From Alistipes sp. (GTDB taxonomy: Bacteria > Bacteroidota > Bacteroidia > Bacteroidales > Rikenellaceae): a stretch of DNA of 64,000 nt. The notes below the pieces were generated by a model, which was not told the DNA's origin, did not search any database, and saw only the letters and a list, made by a program, of their open reading frames with translations. The stretch spans positions 2,735-66,734 of the forward strand of contig JAZQSA010000019.1 in assembly GCA_045629905.1 (NCBI GenBank), in the 5' to 3' direction. The translations under genes were made by a program, and so were the position numbers. This document shows, one piece after another, positions 29,931 to 41,511 of the stretch (its first letter is position 1; every line of letters starts with the position of its first letter).

Positions 29931-32834
29931 ATAGCCGAATATATCCTCCTGCGTCAAATACTTAACCTTACCCAACGAACGAATATATCGCATATCGAGG
30001 TCGCTCTTATCGCCCAAGATGCAATAGGTATAAGGTCGCTCCTTGATAAACTCCTGCTGGAAACGGACAACATCGTCGAGAGTAAGCGACTTAACGCCAT
30101 CATAGATAGTCTTGCGAGCGTCCTCCGAAAGGCCAAACTTTTCGTGTTCGAGATAGCTCCACAAGACACTCATCTTGGTTGTACGCTGGCTCTCCAAGTT
30201 TGCCAATATTCCACCCTTTGCCAACTCGAACGCCTGCTCCGAGCGAGGCATATCCTCGATAATCTCGTCGAAGGCCTTAACTGCCTGCTCAACCTTATCG
30301 TTTTGCGTAGCGATAAAGGCGTAGAAGTAGTATGGATGGTGAGGCATCACACCTTTGGCAAGGTAGGTATAAGCCGAGTATGCCAAACCTCGTGCCTCGC
30401 GCATCTCCTGAAATACGATAGAGTTCATTCCGCCCGAGAAGTAGTTGTTGTAGAGTTCTACGACTGCCGACTTTTCGACATCGAATTTATCCTCGGCACG
30501 GCACGAATACTGCATATAGTAGACCTGCTTTGCATCGTATTGCGCAAACAGCACGCTCGAAGTATCGACAGGCTTCGACGCAGCCGGCTCCGACTTTAAG
30601 TCGATAAGATTGTCTGCCACGCGATGCGCCGACGAGAGCGTTGCTGCAAGGTCAGTCATAGGCTGTGGGCCATAGTACATCACACGATGCTTAATTTGCG
30701 AGAGCTGCTTGATATTGGAGAGCAACTCCTCGGAGGTCACACCGCGCAACTCCTTCACCGACATCGTCTGCGAGCGGATAAACTCCGGACCAAAGAGGCA
30801 ATAGCGCTGCAAAGCCGAGAAATTATCACGTTGCGAAGCCTTGGCGTTGATATATTGTTGCTCAACATCGCGTTTAACCTCACGCAATACATCTTCGTTG
30901 CCCTCGACATTGGCGATATAGTCCTCGACTATCGCCATAGCCTTCTCCATATTCTCGGCAAGACCACTAATCGAAACATAGGTCTTGTTGGCGTTGGTCG
31001 TAATATTGAACGAGCAGGCGAGGTCGTACAACTCACGCTGAATCTGCTCGGCCGACTTATCTGCCGTACCCAACAACTCCATATAACTCGTCGCCAACTC
31101 CATCGACTTTATGGTCGAAGTACCAAAGTCGTAGAGATAGACCAACGAGAAGAGCGAATTGGTATCATTCTGCTTATAAAGCAACTCTACCCCACTTTCC
31201 AACTGCGAACGCGACATATCACGCTCATAATCGACAAACACAGGCGCAATAGGCACTACCTCCGACATCTGCATTGCAACAAGATAGTCGCTCTGCTCAT
31301 CACGATTAGCCGAAATTGGTGTAATCGAAGGTTTTTCAATCTTCTTCTGCGACTCGTCCTCACCCTGACGCTTATAGACTACGCAGTAGCCATTCTCCGG
31401 CAGATTTGCATTGGCCCACGCGACAATATCGGCTTTGGTTATCTCGGCTGCACGGTCAAGCTCGGTAGCAACATCGGCCCAATCAAGGCCATTGATAAAG
31501 GCTGCCTCCATTTTGTAGGCACGGGCAAAATTGTTCTCCAACTGCGCCATCTCGCCACGGCGATAGTTGGCAATAATCGATTTGAGCAATGCCTCGTCGA
31601 ACTCACCACTACGCAATTTTGCCACCTCGGCAAGCAACAGGTCGCGAACCTCTTCAAGCGTCTGACCCTGCTTTGGCTCACCAAACAACATCGCAACACC
31701 TGCATCGGCCAAGAACTCCGTGCTGAAAGCAGCATCAAGCACCTTCTGCTCCTGCAAGAGGCTTGTATCGAGCAGACCACACTTACCACCATTCGAGAGG
31801 ACCGATGCGAGAATCTTACCAACAAGAGCATCTTCGCTTCGCGCACCCTCTATCGGCCACGCAATAGCGACAACCTCACTCTCCAAGCCATAAACCTCCG
31901 ACTCCTTGACCTCGGTTATAGCCTTTGGCTGATACTCTGCGACCTTTGGAAGATTGGCGTTAGGTGTCAGCGCACCAAAATACTTGTCGATAATCTCTAT
32001 CGCCTCATCGGGGTCGAAATCACCGGCCATACATATAGCCATATTGTTTGGCACATAGTATGTGTTGTAGTAGTTTTTAATATTGGTAATCGACGGATTT
32101 TTCAGATGTTCCTGCTTACCGATTGTCGTCTGCGTTCCGTATGCGTGGTCGGGGAACACGAGCGACATAATCGTATCGAAGAGTTTGTTATCGTCTTGTG
32201 TAAGACCCATATTATACTCTTCATAAACGGTTTCAAGCTCGGTATGAAAGCCACGAATGACAGCATTAGCAAAACGCTCCGACTGAATTTTTGCCCAATT
32301 TTCAATCTGATTTGATGGTATATCCTCGACATAGTTGGTCTCGTCGTACGAGGTCCAGGCATTTGTACCATCGGCACCGATAGCCTGCATCAACTTGTCG
32401 TACTCGTTCGGAATAGCATATTTCGAAGCCTCTTGTGACACGCTATCGATTTGGGCATATATCGCCTTACGCTCCGCCTCATCGGTCGTTACGCGATAAA
32501 CCTCAAACAAACGCTCAATCTCGTCGAGCAGCGGCTTCTCGGCCTCGTAGTTCTGCGTACCAAACTTGTCGGTACCCTTGAACATCAGATGCTCAAAATA
32601 GTGAGCCAAGCCCGTTGTCTCGGCAGGGTCGTTCTTCGAGCCTACGCGCACGGCAATCATCGTTTGCAGGCGAGGTTGCTCCTTGTTTACCGACATATAT
32701 ACCTTCAACCCATTGTCGAGGGTATAGATTCGGGTTGCTGTCGGGTCGTTCGACACCGACTCATAGCTGCGTCCGCAAGCAGTCACAACAACCGCAATTA
32801 GTAACGCAATCAATAGTGTTTTAATCTTTTTCAT
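29928..32834 (-). CDS. M16 family zinc peptidase, lipoprotein
   Basis: GLAHYFEHLMFKGT inverted zincin motif; lipobox VTAC. Confidence 0.92.
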   Translation of the reverse strand: MKKIKTLLIALLIAVVVTACGRSYESVSNDPTATRIYTLDNGLKVYMSVNKEQPRLQTMIAVRVGSKNDPAETTGLAHYFEHLMFKGTDKFGTQNYEAEKPLLDEIERLFEVYRVTTDEAERKAIYAQIDSVSQEASKYAIPNEYDKLMQAIGADGTNAWTSYDETNYVEDIPSNQIENWAKIQSERFANAVIRGFHTELETVYEEYNMGLTQDDNKLFDTIMSLVFPDHAYGTQTTIGKQEHLKNPSITNIKNYYNTYYVPNNMAICMAGDFDPDEAIEIIDKYFGALTPNANLPKVAEYQPKAITEVKESEVYGLESEVVAIAWPIEGARSEDALVGKILASVLSNGGKCGLLDTSLLQEQKVLDAAFSTEFLADAGVAMLFGEPKQGQTLEEVRDLLLAEVAKLRSGEFDEALLKSIIANYRRGEMAQLENNFARAYKMEAAFINGLDWADVATELDRAAEITKADIVAWANANLPENGYCVVYKRQGEDESQKKIEKPSITPISANRDEQSDYLVAMQMSEVVPIAPVFVDYERDMSRSQLESGVELLYKQNDTNSLFSLVYLYDFGTSTIKSMELATSYMELLGTADKSAEQIQRELYDLACSFNITTNANKTYVSISGLAENMEKAMAIVEDYIANVEGNEDVLREVKRDVEQQYINAKASQRDNFSALQRYCLFGPEFIRSQTMSVKELRGVTSEELLSNIKQLSQIKHRVMYYGPQPMTDLAATLSSAHRVADNLIDLKSEPAASKPVDTSSVLFAQYDAKQVYYMQYSCRAEDKFDVEKSAVVELYNNYFSGGMNSIVFQEMREARGLAYSAYTYLAKGVMPHHPYYFYAFIATQNDKVEQAVKAFDEIIEDMPRSEQAFELAKGGILANLESQRTTKMSVLWSYLEHEKFGLSEDARKTIYDGVKSLTLDDVVRFQQEFIKERPYTYCILGDKSDLDMRYIRSLGKVKYLTQEDIFGY

Positions 32835-32945
32835 CGAATTTATTTTTCGTTTAACCTTTATCTACAAAAAAACTCATAGTCGCCATACACTCTATCAATT
32901 CGGAAATGTATAACGCTATGAGTTAAGACTTGCCAAAACATTTGG

Positions 32946-33506
32946 TTATACAAACGTTGCAATCGTCGCCATCGTAACGTGGGCAAACATCAATATTGTC
33001 ACGATAAGTTTGATACCTGTGCCAACAATAAACGAGCAGAACGAGCCAACACCGACCTTGCAAGCGTGATTAAAATCGCTCTTTGCAAAGATAACCTCTC
33101 CGAGGATTGCACCAACCATCGGTCCGGCGATGACACTGACAATCTGCGCTATGATTGGTAGCGGAACAAAGAAACTACCCACAAGACCAAACATAAGGCC
33201 GACCGTAGCGCCCCATTGACCTGCCTTGCTACCACCAACCGCGCGAGCCAGATATGCAGGCAAGAAGTAGTCGAGCAATGTCACAAACAACGTCAATATG
33301 AGCCATATTACAAGCGACCAGACGCCAATGCTTACCACCGAGTCGCCCGAATAGAAGTAGGCACACACGACTCCGCCATAGGCGATTATCACACCCGGCA
33401 GAATCGGCAAAATACAACCGGCTACACCCGTCGTAAGGAGTGTAAAAGCACACACAGCGAGAAGTGTATCACGGCCGACATCTAAAAAATCAAAAAATTC
33501 CGACAT
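32946..33506 (-). CDS. DUF456-type membrane protein
   Basis: GCILPILPG, GGSKAGQWGA, GPMVGAILGE; hydrophobic throughout. Confidence 0.8.
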   Translation of the reverse strand: MSEFFDFLDVGRDTLLAVCAFTLLTTGVAGCILPILPGVIIAYGGVVCAYFYSGDSVVSIGVWSLVIWLILTLFVTLLDYFLPAYLARAVGGSKAGQWGATVGLMFGLVGSFFVPLPIIAQIVSVIAGPMVGAILGEVIFAKSDFNHACKVGVGSFCSFIVGTGIKLIVTILMFAHVTMATIATFV

Positions 33507-33515
33507 ACAGATAAA

Positions 33516-33869
33516 CTATTTTACGAGCTGATTGGTTGCAGTCTCCGGGAAAATTACGTTTGGCGTAAAGCTCTTTGCCTCCTCAAACGACATCTGGGCA
33601 TAGGATATGATTATTATCACATCGCCAACCGACGCTTTGTGTGCTGCCGCTCCATTCAGGCAAATAACGCCACTACCAGCCTCTCCCTCGATTGCATAGG
33701 TCTCCAATCGCTCTCCATTGGTTACGTTTACGACCTGCACCTTTTCGCCTCGGATAATATTGGCAGCCTCCATCAACGCCTTGTCGATGGTGATACTGCC
33801 GACATAATCGACATTGGCCTCGGTAACGGTCACTCTATGAATTTTGGATTTCAAAACCTCGATAATCAT
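33516..33869 (-). CDS. panD: Aspartate 1-decarboxylase
   Basis: [28 protein letters not shown]. Confidence 0.97.
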   Translation of the reverse strand: MIIEVLKSKIHRVTVTEANVDYVGSITIDKALMEAANIIRGEKVQVVNVTNGERLETYAIEGEAGSGVICLNGAAAHKASVGDVIIIISYAQMSFEEAKSFTPNVIFPETATNQLVK

Positions 33870-33873
33870 CTTT

Positions 33874-34710
33874 CTATCTCAATTTTATATTATCAATCAA
33901 TCTAATCTCTCCCGCCTGCACAGCCACACAACCCTGCACACGCTCCGACTCGGCCCACGACTCAACCTGCTGCATTGTAGCAGCATCGACAGCGTGGAAA
34001 TAGATGGTTTTCAGCAGTGGATTTTTGTCGATTTCGCCAACAACCCACGCCTCCAATTCGCGAGGCGACATCTCACCCACCTTCGCTTGCGCAGCACTCA
34101 ACACTTCGTAGATGTGAGGAGCGGCTACACGATGCTCGGGGGTAAGCAAAAGATTTCGCGACGAACGAGCCAAACCGTCTGTATCGCGAATAATCGGGCA
34201 GTCGATAATCTCAACCGAGAGGCCAAGTTGCGCAACCATCGCGCGAATAACGGCAATCTGTTGAAAATCCTTCTCGCCAAAGTAGGATTTGGTCGGCTCC
34301 ACAATAGCAAACAAGCGGCTTACAACCTGCGCCACACCGTTGAAATGGCCCGGACGAGTTGCTCCCTCCATAACCTTATCGATAAGTCCAAAATCGAATT
34401 GGCGGGTATCGGGTTCGGGATAAATCTCCTCAACCGACGGGAAGAGGACATAATCGACACCAGCCGCATCGAGCATCGCTGCGTCGGCCTCCGGCGTACG
34501 AGGATAGTTGCGCAGGTCATTTTTATCGTTAAACTGTGTTGGATTGACAAAGACACTCGCCACAACAACATCGCACTCTTTACGTGCGCGCTCGACAAGC
34601 GAGATATGGCCTTCGTGCAGTGCGCCCATTGTCGGCACAAAACCTATTGTCTTATTACGAAGCGGTGCGAGCAACTCTCGCAACTCGGCTACTGTTGATA
34701 CTGATTTCAT
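33874..34710 (-). CDS. panC: Pantoate-beta-alanine ligase
   Basis: [39 protein letters not shown]. Confidence 0.98.
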   Translation of the reverse strand: MKSVSTVAELRELLAPLRNKTIGFVPTMGALHEGHISLVERARKECDVVVASVFVNPTQFNDKNDLRNYPRTPEADAAMLDAAGVDYVLFPSVEEIYPEPDTRQFDFGLIDKVMEGATRPGHFNGVAQVVSRLFAIVEPTKSYFGEKDFQQIAVIRAMVAQLGLSVEIIDCPIIRDTDGLARSSRNLLLTPEHRVAAPHIYEVLSAAQAKVGEMSPRELEAWVVGEIDKNPLLKTIYFHAVDAATMQQVESWAESERVQGCVAVQAGEIRLIDNIKLR

Positions 34711-34893
34711 ATTCGATTAAAATCCCTCTCCGTAATTTTACGGAGCATAGTTTGTCGCAAAGTTATAAACTTATTCGGAAAAGGCAAAAGATTTATCGAT
34801 TTTAAGCGGTACAAAGCGTATCTCGGGCCATTTTCGCTACAACTTGCAATAGGCAACTTTCAATTTTCAACTTTATTTACTACCTTTGCGCAG

Positions 34894-36888
34894 ATGATTG
34901 ACCGCGAAACCATAGACCGAATATATTCGGCAGCCAATATCGTTGAAGTTGTCAGCGACTATGTAACTCTCAAACGCAAAGGTGCGAGTTATATGGCCTG
35001 CTGTCCTTTTCACAACGAGAAGACACCGTCGTTTGTGGTATCGCCGGCAAAGGGGCTATTCAAATGCTTTGGTTGTGGCAAGGGTGGCAACGCAGTAACT
35101 TTTGTTATGGAGCACGAAAATGTCTCCTACCCCGAAGCGTTAAAGATTGTTGCAAAACGCTACGGCATCGAGGTCCACGAGAAGGAGATGACCGAAGAGG
35201 AGGTGCGTCGCAACGACAACCGCGAAAGTATGTTTGCCCTAAACTCCTGGGCATCGGACTACTTTGCCGACTATCTCCATAGAAGCGACGAGGGCATTAG
35301 TGTCGGTATGACCTACTTCCGCCAGAAGCGCGGTTTCTCGGAGGCTACAATCAAGAAATTCGGACTCGGTATGTGTCCATCGAAGGGCGACCAGATGACG
35401 CGCGATGCATTGGCTGTCGCCTATAAGGAGGAGTTTTTGCTATCGACAGGTCTCTCCATCAAGCGCGAGAGCGATGGTCGCATCTACGACCGTTTTCGCG
35501 AGCGAGTGATGTTCCCCGTTCACAACATCTCGGGTCGCATAGTGGCCTTTGGTGGCCGAACCCTGCGTACCGACAAAAGCGTTGCGAAGTATCAAAACTC
35601 GCCCGAGAGTGAGATTTACAGCAAAAAGAACGAACTCTACGGACTCTATTTTGCCAAGAAAGCCATTCAACAGCTCGACTTTGCGATTATGGTCGAGGGT
35701 TATACCGATGTTATCTCGATGCATCAGTCGGGTGTCGAAAATGTCGTTTCGTCGTCGGGCACATCGCTCACCGTTGAGCAGATTCGACTATTGAAACGAT
35801 TTACACGCAACGTAACAATCATCTACGATGGCGACTCGGCCGGTATCCACGCATCGTTACGAGGTATCGACCTTGTATTGCACGAGGGTATGAATGTCCG
35901 CATCGTCCTACTCCCCGAAGAGGACGACCCGGATTCGTTTGCTCGCACACACAGCGCCTCTGAGGTTCAGGCCTACATAACCGAAAACCAGGAGAATTTC
36001 ATCACCTTCAAAGCAAAACTATTGCTTCGCGATGCCGCCAACGACCCTATCAAACGAGCCAATGTCATCAGCGATATGGTGCAGTCGATTGTGCAGATTC
36101 CTGACAATATCCAGCGTGCGATGTTTGTCAAGGAGTGTGCAAAGTTGATGGAGATTGACGAGAATATCTTGCTGGAAGAGGTTGCTCGCAAGCGTGTTAT
36201 GTCGTTTGGCGATAAGGAGGCAAACGACTTCATCAGGCGTCAGCAACAACTCGGACGGCAAGAGCGCGAGCAGTTCGCTCAATCGGGTTTGGTTGCTCCT
36301 CAAAACGATGGCCCGATGTTGGGCGATTTGCAGATTGGCAGTAGTTTGGAGAGTATCGAGAGCGAGTTGATGATATACCTGCTCAAATATGGAGAGTGCA
36401 ACTACGAAGTCAAAGAGGGTCGCAAGATGATTTCGCTCAATGTAGCAAACGAGATTATTCGTGAATTGGAGGTTGATGACCTTCGCTTCTCCGAAGAGCG
36501 ATACAACCAACTGCTCGACATCTGCCGTCAAGGTGTTAATAGTGGCCACTACCCTTCTCATACGGAGTTGGTAAATCACCCAGACCCCGAGATTTGCAAC
36601 ATTGTGGTAGACCTGCTCACCAAACACGACAACTACATCGAGAGCGCCTTATGGACACAGAAAGAGGTTCACATATCCTCCGACGAGGAGATTCTCGCCA
36701 CCGGCATTCCGAAGGCTTTGGGTTTGTTTAAGTTGAAGACCATATCAAACCGCATTATGCAACTGCAAGCCCAGCTTCAAGATTCGACGCTTGACGATGA
36801 CAAATTGAGCGAGATTGTATTACAGCTATCAAAGCTCAACCAGATTAAGGTTGTAATCTCAAAGCATCTGCAACGCACCATCATCTAA
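34894..36888 (+). CDS. dnaG: DNA primase
   Basis: CPFHNEKTPSF...CFGC Zn finger; EGYTD and YDGD TOPRIM motifs. Confidence 0.97.
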   Translation: MIDRETIDRIYSAANIVEVVSDYVTLKRKGASYMACCPFHNEKTPSFVVSPAKGLFKCFGCGKGGNAVTFVMEHENVSYPEALKIVAKRYGIEVHEKEMTEEEVRRNDNRESMFALNSWASDYFADYLHRSDEGISVGMTYFRQKRGFSEATIKKFGLGMCPSKGDQMTRDALAVAYKEEFLLSTGLSIKRESDGRIYDRFRERVMFPVHNISGRIVAFGGRTLRTDKSVAKYQNSPESEIYSKKNELYGLYFAKKAIQQLDFAIMVEGYTDVISMHQSGVENVVSSSGTSLTVEQIRLLKRFTRNVTIIYDGDSAGIHASLRGIDLVLHEGMNVRIVLLPEEDDPDSFARTHSASEVQAYITENQENFITFKAKLLLRDAANDPIKRANVISDMVQSIVQIPDNIQRAMFVKECAKLMEIDENILLEEVARKRVMSFGDKEANDFIRRQQQLGRQEREQFAQSGLVAPQNDGPMLGDLQIGSSLESIESELMIYLLKYGECNYEVKEGRKMISLNVANEIIRELEVDDLRFSEERYNQLLDICRQGVNSGHYPSHTELVNHPDPEICNIVVDLLTKHDNYIESALWTQKEVHISSDEEILATGIPKALGLFKLKTISNRIMQLQAQLQDSTLDDDKLSEIVLQLSKLNQIKVVISKHLQRTII

Positions 36889-37128
36889 CTCTGTTTATAC
36901 ACCCCAAAAAGGGGTGGTCGGGGAGTGCGCGTATCGCTACGCACACGGTGTGCAAACAGAAAATAAACAGAAAGATGTGTAAAAACGTATAAAGATAAAA
37001 GAATCAGTTATCTTAACCGACCACCCTTCGTGCCTAAATGTGGCAACAATCGTGCCGAATAGAGCATCGAAGGGCAGAGGTTTGGCTACGCCCTTGCTTT
37101 TTACGGGCAATATTACTACCTTTGTTCT

Positions 37129-39153
37129 ATGGATTTCAAACTTGTATCGGAATATAAGCCAACAGGCGACCAGCCACAAGCAATCGCATCACTCGTCAAA
37201 TCGTTACGACGCGGGTGCGAGGGCAATGTTTTGCAGGGCGTAACAGGCTCGGGCAAGACCTTCACGATAGCCAACGTTATCGCCGACCTAAATGTTCCGA
37301 CTCTGGTTTTAAGCCACAACAAGACCCTTGCGGCCCAACTCTACGGAGAGTTCAAGAACTTCTTTCCCGACAATGCTGTCGAGTATTTCGTATCGTATTA
37401 CGACTACTATCAGCCCGAGGCATACCTCCCCGCAAGCGATACATATATAGAAAAAGATCTCTCGATTAACGACGAAATAGAGAAGATGCGTTTGAGTGCA
37501 ACCTCTACCCTTCTCTCGGGACGTCGCGACGTAATTGTCGTTTCGAGCGTTTCGTGTCTCTACGGCATAGGTAACCCAAACGACTTTCACGCCACATCTA
37601 TCTCGCTCGAAGTTGGTGATACGCTACCAATCAAGCACCTTGTATATAGGCTTGTCGAGGCACTTTACACCCGTACCGAGCGAGAATTGACACCGGCAAC
37701 ATTCCGCGTCAATGGCGAGACCATCGATATAATGACCGCCATAGGCAACAACTGTTACCGCATAATATTCTTCGACAACGAAATTGAGGCTATCCAAACC
37801 ATAGACCCCGTATCGGGGCACAGAATTGAGAATGTCGATAAGGCTCTCATATTCCCCGCCAACCTATTCGTAACAACCAAAGAGCGCATAGCCAAAGCGG
37901 TAGACCAGATATACATCGACCTCGGAAAACAAATCGAATTTTTCGAGAAAGAGGGTCGCGATGTCGAGGCCAAGCGCATCAAGCAACGTGTCGAGTACGA
38001 TTTGGAGATGATAAAGGAGTTGGGCTATTGTCCCGGCATCGAGAACTATTCGCGCTATTTCGACGGACGCTCTCCGGGTACTCGACCATTCTGTCTGCTC
38101 GACTATTTTCCCGACGATTTTCTGCTCGTCATTGACGAGAGCCACGTCACGATACCGCAGGTGCGTGCTATGTTTGGTGGAGACCAGGCCCGCAAAGAGA
38201 ACTTGGTTGAGTACGGCTTCCGACTACCTGCTGCTCGCGATAACAGACCTCTTAAATTCAATGAGTTTGAGTGTTTGCGTAAGCGTTGTATCTACGTCAG
38301 TGCTACGCCAGGCGATTATGAACTATACCGAAGCGACGGCATAGCCATTGAGCAGATTATCCGCCCAACGGGGCTCGTAGACCCACCAATGGAGATACGA
38401 CCTACGACCAACCAAATCGACGACCTCTTGGAGGAGGTTGAGAAGTGTGCCAAGCGTGACGAAAGGGTTATCGTCACGACTATCACCAAGCGTATGGCCG
38501 AAGAGTTGTCGAAATTTATGGACCGCGCCGGCGTAAGAAATCGCTACATTCACTCCGATATAGACACGCTCGAACGCGTACAAATCCTCGACGACCTACG
38601 CGCCGGATTGTTCGATGTACTGATAGGTGTAAATCTCCTTCGTGAGGGTATCGATATGCCAGACGTTTCGCTCGTCGTTATACTCGACGCCGACAAAGAG
38701 GGATTGCTACGCAACGTCCGCGCAATCACACAGATAGCAGGTCGTGCGGCCCGTCACACAAACGGCCGCGTCATAATGTATGCCGAGGAGTGTACCGATA
38801 GTATGCGTACAGCCATAGAGGAGAGTAATCGTCGTCGCCTTAAACAGATTAGATTTAACCTCGAAAACGCCATTCTGCCTACGATGGCGAAACGCAGTGG
38901 TTCTGGGCGCACTATGGGTCTTTCGTCTGCCGAGGAGGCCAAATACGACCAGGCCGACAACTTCATTATGCGTATGGCTGCCGACATCGAGAAGAGTTAT
39001 ACGGCACGCAACAACGACTACGATGCCCTCATAGCACTCGCAAAGGAGAAGATGGAGGAGGCTGCAAAGAATCTCGACTTCCTCGCTGCGGCACAATACC
39101 GCGACCGTATGTATGACCTACAACGGCTCAAAGAGGAGAGTAATAAGGGTTAG
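37129..39153 (+). CDS. uvrB: Excinuclease ABC subunit B
   Basis: PTGDQPQAI, GVTGSGKT, YYDYYQPEAY, C-terminal UVR motif. Confidence 0.97.
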   Translation: MDFKLVSEYKPTGDQPQAIASLVKSLRRGCEGNVLQGVTGSGKTFTIANVIADLNVPTLVLSHNKTLAAQLYGEFKNFFPDNAVEYFVSYYDYYQPEAYLPASDTYIEKDLSINDEIEKMRLSATSTLLSGRRDVIVVSSVSCLYGIGNPNDFHATSISLEVGDTLPIKHLVYRLVEALYTRTERELTPATFRVNGETIDIMTAIGNNCYRIIFFDNEIEAIQTIDPVSGHRIENVDKALIFPANLFVTTKERIAKAVDQIYIDLGKQIEFFEKEGRDVEAKRIKQRVEYDLEMIKELGYCPGIENYSRYFDGRSPGTRPFCLLDYFPDDFLLVIDESHVTIPQVRAMFGGDQARKENLVEYGFRLPAARDNRPLKFNEFECLRKRCIYVSATPGDYELYRSDGIAIEQIIRPTGLVDPPMEIRPTTNQIDDLLEEVEKCAKRDERVIVTTITKRMAEELSKFMDRAGVRNRYIHSDIDTLERVQILDDLRAGLFDVLIGVNLLREGIDMPDVSLVVILDADKEGLLRNVRAITQIAGRAARHTNGRVIMYAEECTDSMRTAIEESNRRRLKQIRFNLENAILPTMAKRSGSGRTMGLSSAEEAKYDQADNFIMRMAADIEKSYTARNNDYDALIALAKEKMEEAAKNLDFLAAAQYRDRMYDLQRLKEESNKG

Positions 39154-39653
39154 GCTTTATCGTCATTATCGCCATCGGTCGATGCAAATGTATAGTAACG
39201 ACCAAGCAGATAGCTGTAACAAGCAGTTACGGCCGTGGTAACGATTTTCGACGGTGTTGGCCACAACATCAGGTACTCCACAAGAAGTTTCATCGATATA
39301 TAGTTGAGCAATATTGCACCTACTACCGTCAGCGCATATCGTGCTAATTGTGGCAGCGACTCAAAGCGCGTAGCACGAAATGCCACGTTACGATTAAGCC
39401 AAAAGCCCGTAAAAAATGTTATCGGAAAGACAATTACCAACGAAAAGATATGTGGCGAGACAACGATAAAACCCAAATCAACATTCTGCTTACAGACGAC
39501 GAAGTTGTAAATCAAGAAGTACCACAGCGCATCGAGCAGCATATTCAGCACACCGACTGCACCATAGCGAAATACCTGCAACGACACAATCGGTCGCAAC
39601 AGAGGCAGGTAGAAAAATTCGACAACCCGAGTTATAAGCCGAGCAACCCCCAT
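39150..39653 (-). CDS. GtrA-family small membrane protein
   Basis: FRYGAVG, FWLNRNVAF, about 4 hydrophobic helices. Confidence 0.75.
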   Translation of the reverse strand: MGVARLITRVVEFFYLPLLRPIVSLQVFRYGAVGVLNMLLDALWYFLIYNFVVCKQNVDLGFIVVSPHIFSLVIVFPITFFTGFWLNRNVAFRATRFESLPQLARYALTVVGAILLNYISMKLLVEYLMLWPTPSKIVTTAVTACYSYLLGRYYTFASTDGDNDDKA

Positions 39654-39655
39654 TA

Positions 39656-40567
39656 TTATTTATTGGTATAAATCCACACTTCGCGAAAAGCTCTGTCGGA
39701 GGATTTCAGCATATCGACCAATGTAATACACTCGCCTCGTGTAGATGTCTCGTAGATAGCCACCATATATCGGCCCTTATAGTCGAAGATTCGGCTATTC
39801 AAATCGACATAACGGTCATTGACAATCTGTTGGTAACGCTTTGCGTTCTCCAACTCGGAATAGACGCCATAGACTGCATAACTGCAACCTGCACTCATCG
39901 ACTCCGCCACCTTATCGGTCGCAGCCTCGGCTTGCGGTTCAACCACTTCGGCAACCTCGACAACTTCGGCCGCCACAGGAGCAACATCTTCCTCCGATTT
40001 AGGAGCTTCTGCAACCAGCGACGTATTATCAGGCAATGCAACAACTGCTGCACTACCGCGCAACTCGGATTTGCCCATACGCTCGGCAAAGAGATACTCG
40101 GAGTAGAGAATATACCCCGCCATACCCAAAGCCACAACTACACACAACGCGCCAAATAGATAGACACCCCACGGACGGCGCGGACGCAACTTTACGGCAA
40201 CCTTCGGCATATCGGGATTGAGCGTAGTCATCAGCGACTCTTCGGCCTCGAAACGACGATTTACCACACGGCCAACACCCTCGATTACAAGCACACCGTC
40301 TTTATAGGTCTGTTGCAACCACTGCTCATAGATTGCCGCGGCACGAGTCTCATCGACATCGCCTGCTCGCGCTATAAGCTGTTCCAACGACTCCCCTCGG
40401 TTCTCTCCCGTAAACGACACCTTTCGATAGGGTGCCGAAAGACTCTTCGAAGACCTGCGCTCGGCCGACACCTGACGAACAATCAACGTACCGACCTGTG
40501 GTAGCCAAATGCTGTCGCCACTACACAATGCGTTATATATTAGGAAATTAACCTGTTGTACCATCAC
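39656..40567 (-). CDS. HU/CCDC81-like N-domain, TM helix and C-terminal SPOR-like domain protein
   Basis: IWLPQVGTL, central TM segment, YAVYGVYSELENAKR...VWI. Confidence 0.6.
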   Translation of the reverse strand: MMVQQVNFLIYNALCSGDSIWLPQVGTLIVRQVSAERRSSKSLSAPYRKVSFTGENRGESLEQLIARAGDVDETRAAAIYEQWLQQTYKDGVLVIEGVGRVVNRRFEAEESLMTTLNPDMPKVAVKLRPRRPWGVYLFGALCVVVALGMAGYILYSEYLFAERMGKSELRGSAAVVALPDNTSLVAEAPKSEEDVAPVAAEVVEVAEVVEPQAEAATDKVAESMSAGCSYAVYGVYSELENAKRYQQIVNDRYVDLNSRIFDYKGRYMVAIYETSTRGECITLVDMLKSSDRAFREVWIYTNK

Positions 40568-41463
40568 TATTTCTTGTTAAATTTCTTCACTCGCTTTGGC
40601 ATCTGTACCGAATTAGACGAGTTGGGTTGCTGTTCAACAGTCGAAATCTTATCGGTTGGACCCTTATAGAACGAATAGATGATAGTCGCAATACCGAGTC
40701 CCACAAACGGAAGACTCAACCATTGTCCCATATTGAGGGTCATATCACTCTCAAATGCCACCTGATTCTCCTTGATAAACTCTATGAAGAATCGCGTCAG
40801 GAATATACCTATCATACCCAATCCAAAGAGCAAACCACGACGACGAGGAGCCGACGTATAGCGATAGAGCAAAATCAACACAACGAAGGTTGTCAGATAG
40901 CACAATGCCTCGTAGAGCTGTGTTGGGTGCTGAACGGGAATCTCTTCGAGCGACATATTGGGGAAGTTGCGGACAAACTTAAAGCCCCACGGACGGTCGG
41001 TCACACAACCTACGATTTCGGAGTTAAAGAGGTTGCCAAAGCGGACTATTGCGCCACTGATAGTTGCGATTATGGCCAAGCGGTCAATCATCCAAATCAT
41101 CGACACCTTATTGCGACGCGAGCAGAGCCAAATTGCCGTTATGATACCTATGGTTGCTCCGTGACTTGCCAAACCTCCGTCACGGAACTCGGTAATCATA
41201 GCCCACGGTTTGAGCAGATAGTATTCTGGCTCATAGAATAGACAGTGGCCCATTCGCGCACCGATAATCGTACCCAACGTGATAAACATAAAGGCCGAAT
41301 CGGAGAGCGATTGAGGCAACTTCTCGTGCTTGCAGAATTGTGAAAAAATCCAACCACCAAGCAACAAAGCCACAGCCCACATCAAACCATAGTATCGAAT
41401 ATCAAACGACCCAAGACTCAACATCACAGGGTCGAAATCCCAAACAATAGCCAATAACCTCAT
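40567..41463 (-). CDS. lgt: Prolipoprotein diacylglyceryl transferase
   Basis: IRYYGL, GGLASHG, RFGNLFNSEIVG, HPTQLYE. Confidence 0.96.
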   Translation of the reverse strand: MRLLAIVWDFDPVMLSLGSFDIRYYGLMWAVALLLGGWIFSQFCKHEKLPQSLSDSAFMFITLGTIIGARMGHCLFYEPEYYLLKPWAMITEFRDGGLASHGATIGIITAIWLCSRRNKVSMIWMIDRLAIIATISGAIVRFGNLFNSEIVGCVTDRPWGFKFVRNFPNMSLEEIPVQHPTQLYEALCYLTTFVVLILLYRYTSAPRRRGLLFGLGMIGIFLTRFFIEFIKENQVAFESDMTLNMGQWLSLPFVGLGIATIIYSFYKGPTDKISTVEQQPNSSNSVQMPKRVKKFNKK

Positions 41464-41511
41464 AATATATTATTACTATTCAATCGAAAATAACACTCGG
41501 CAATATCCCTT

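Noticed and set aside
32872-32924. AACTCATAG...CTATGAGTT hairpin as another family copy
   Set aside because: About 53 nt and lacks the apex and end motifs; probably an ordinary intergenic stem.
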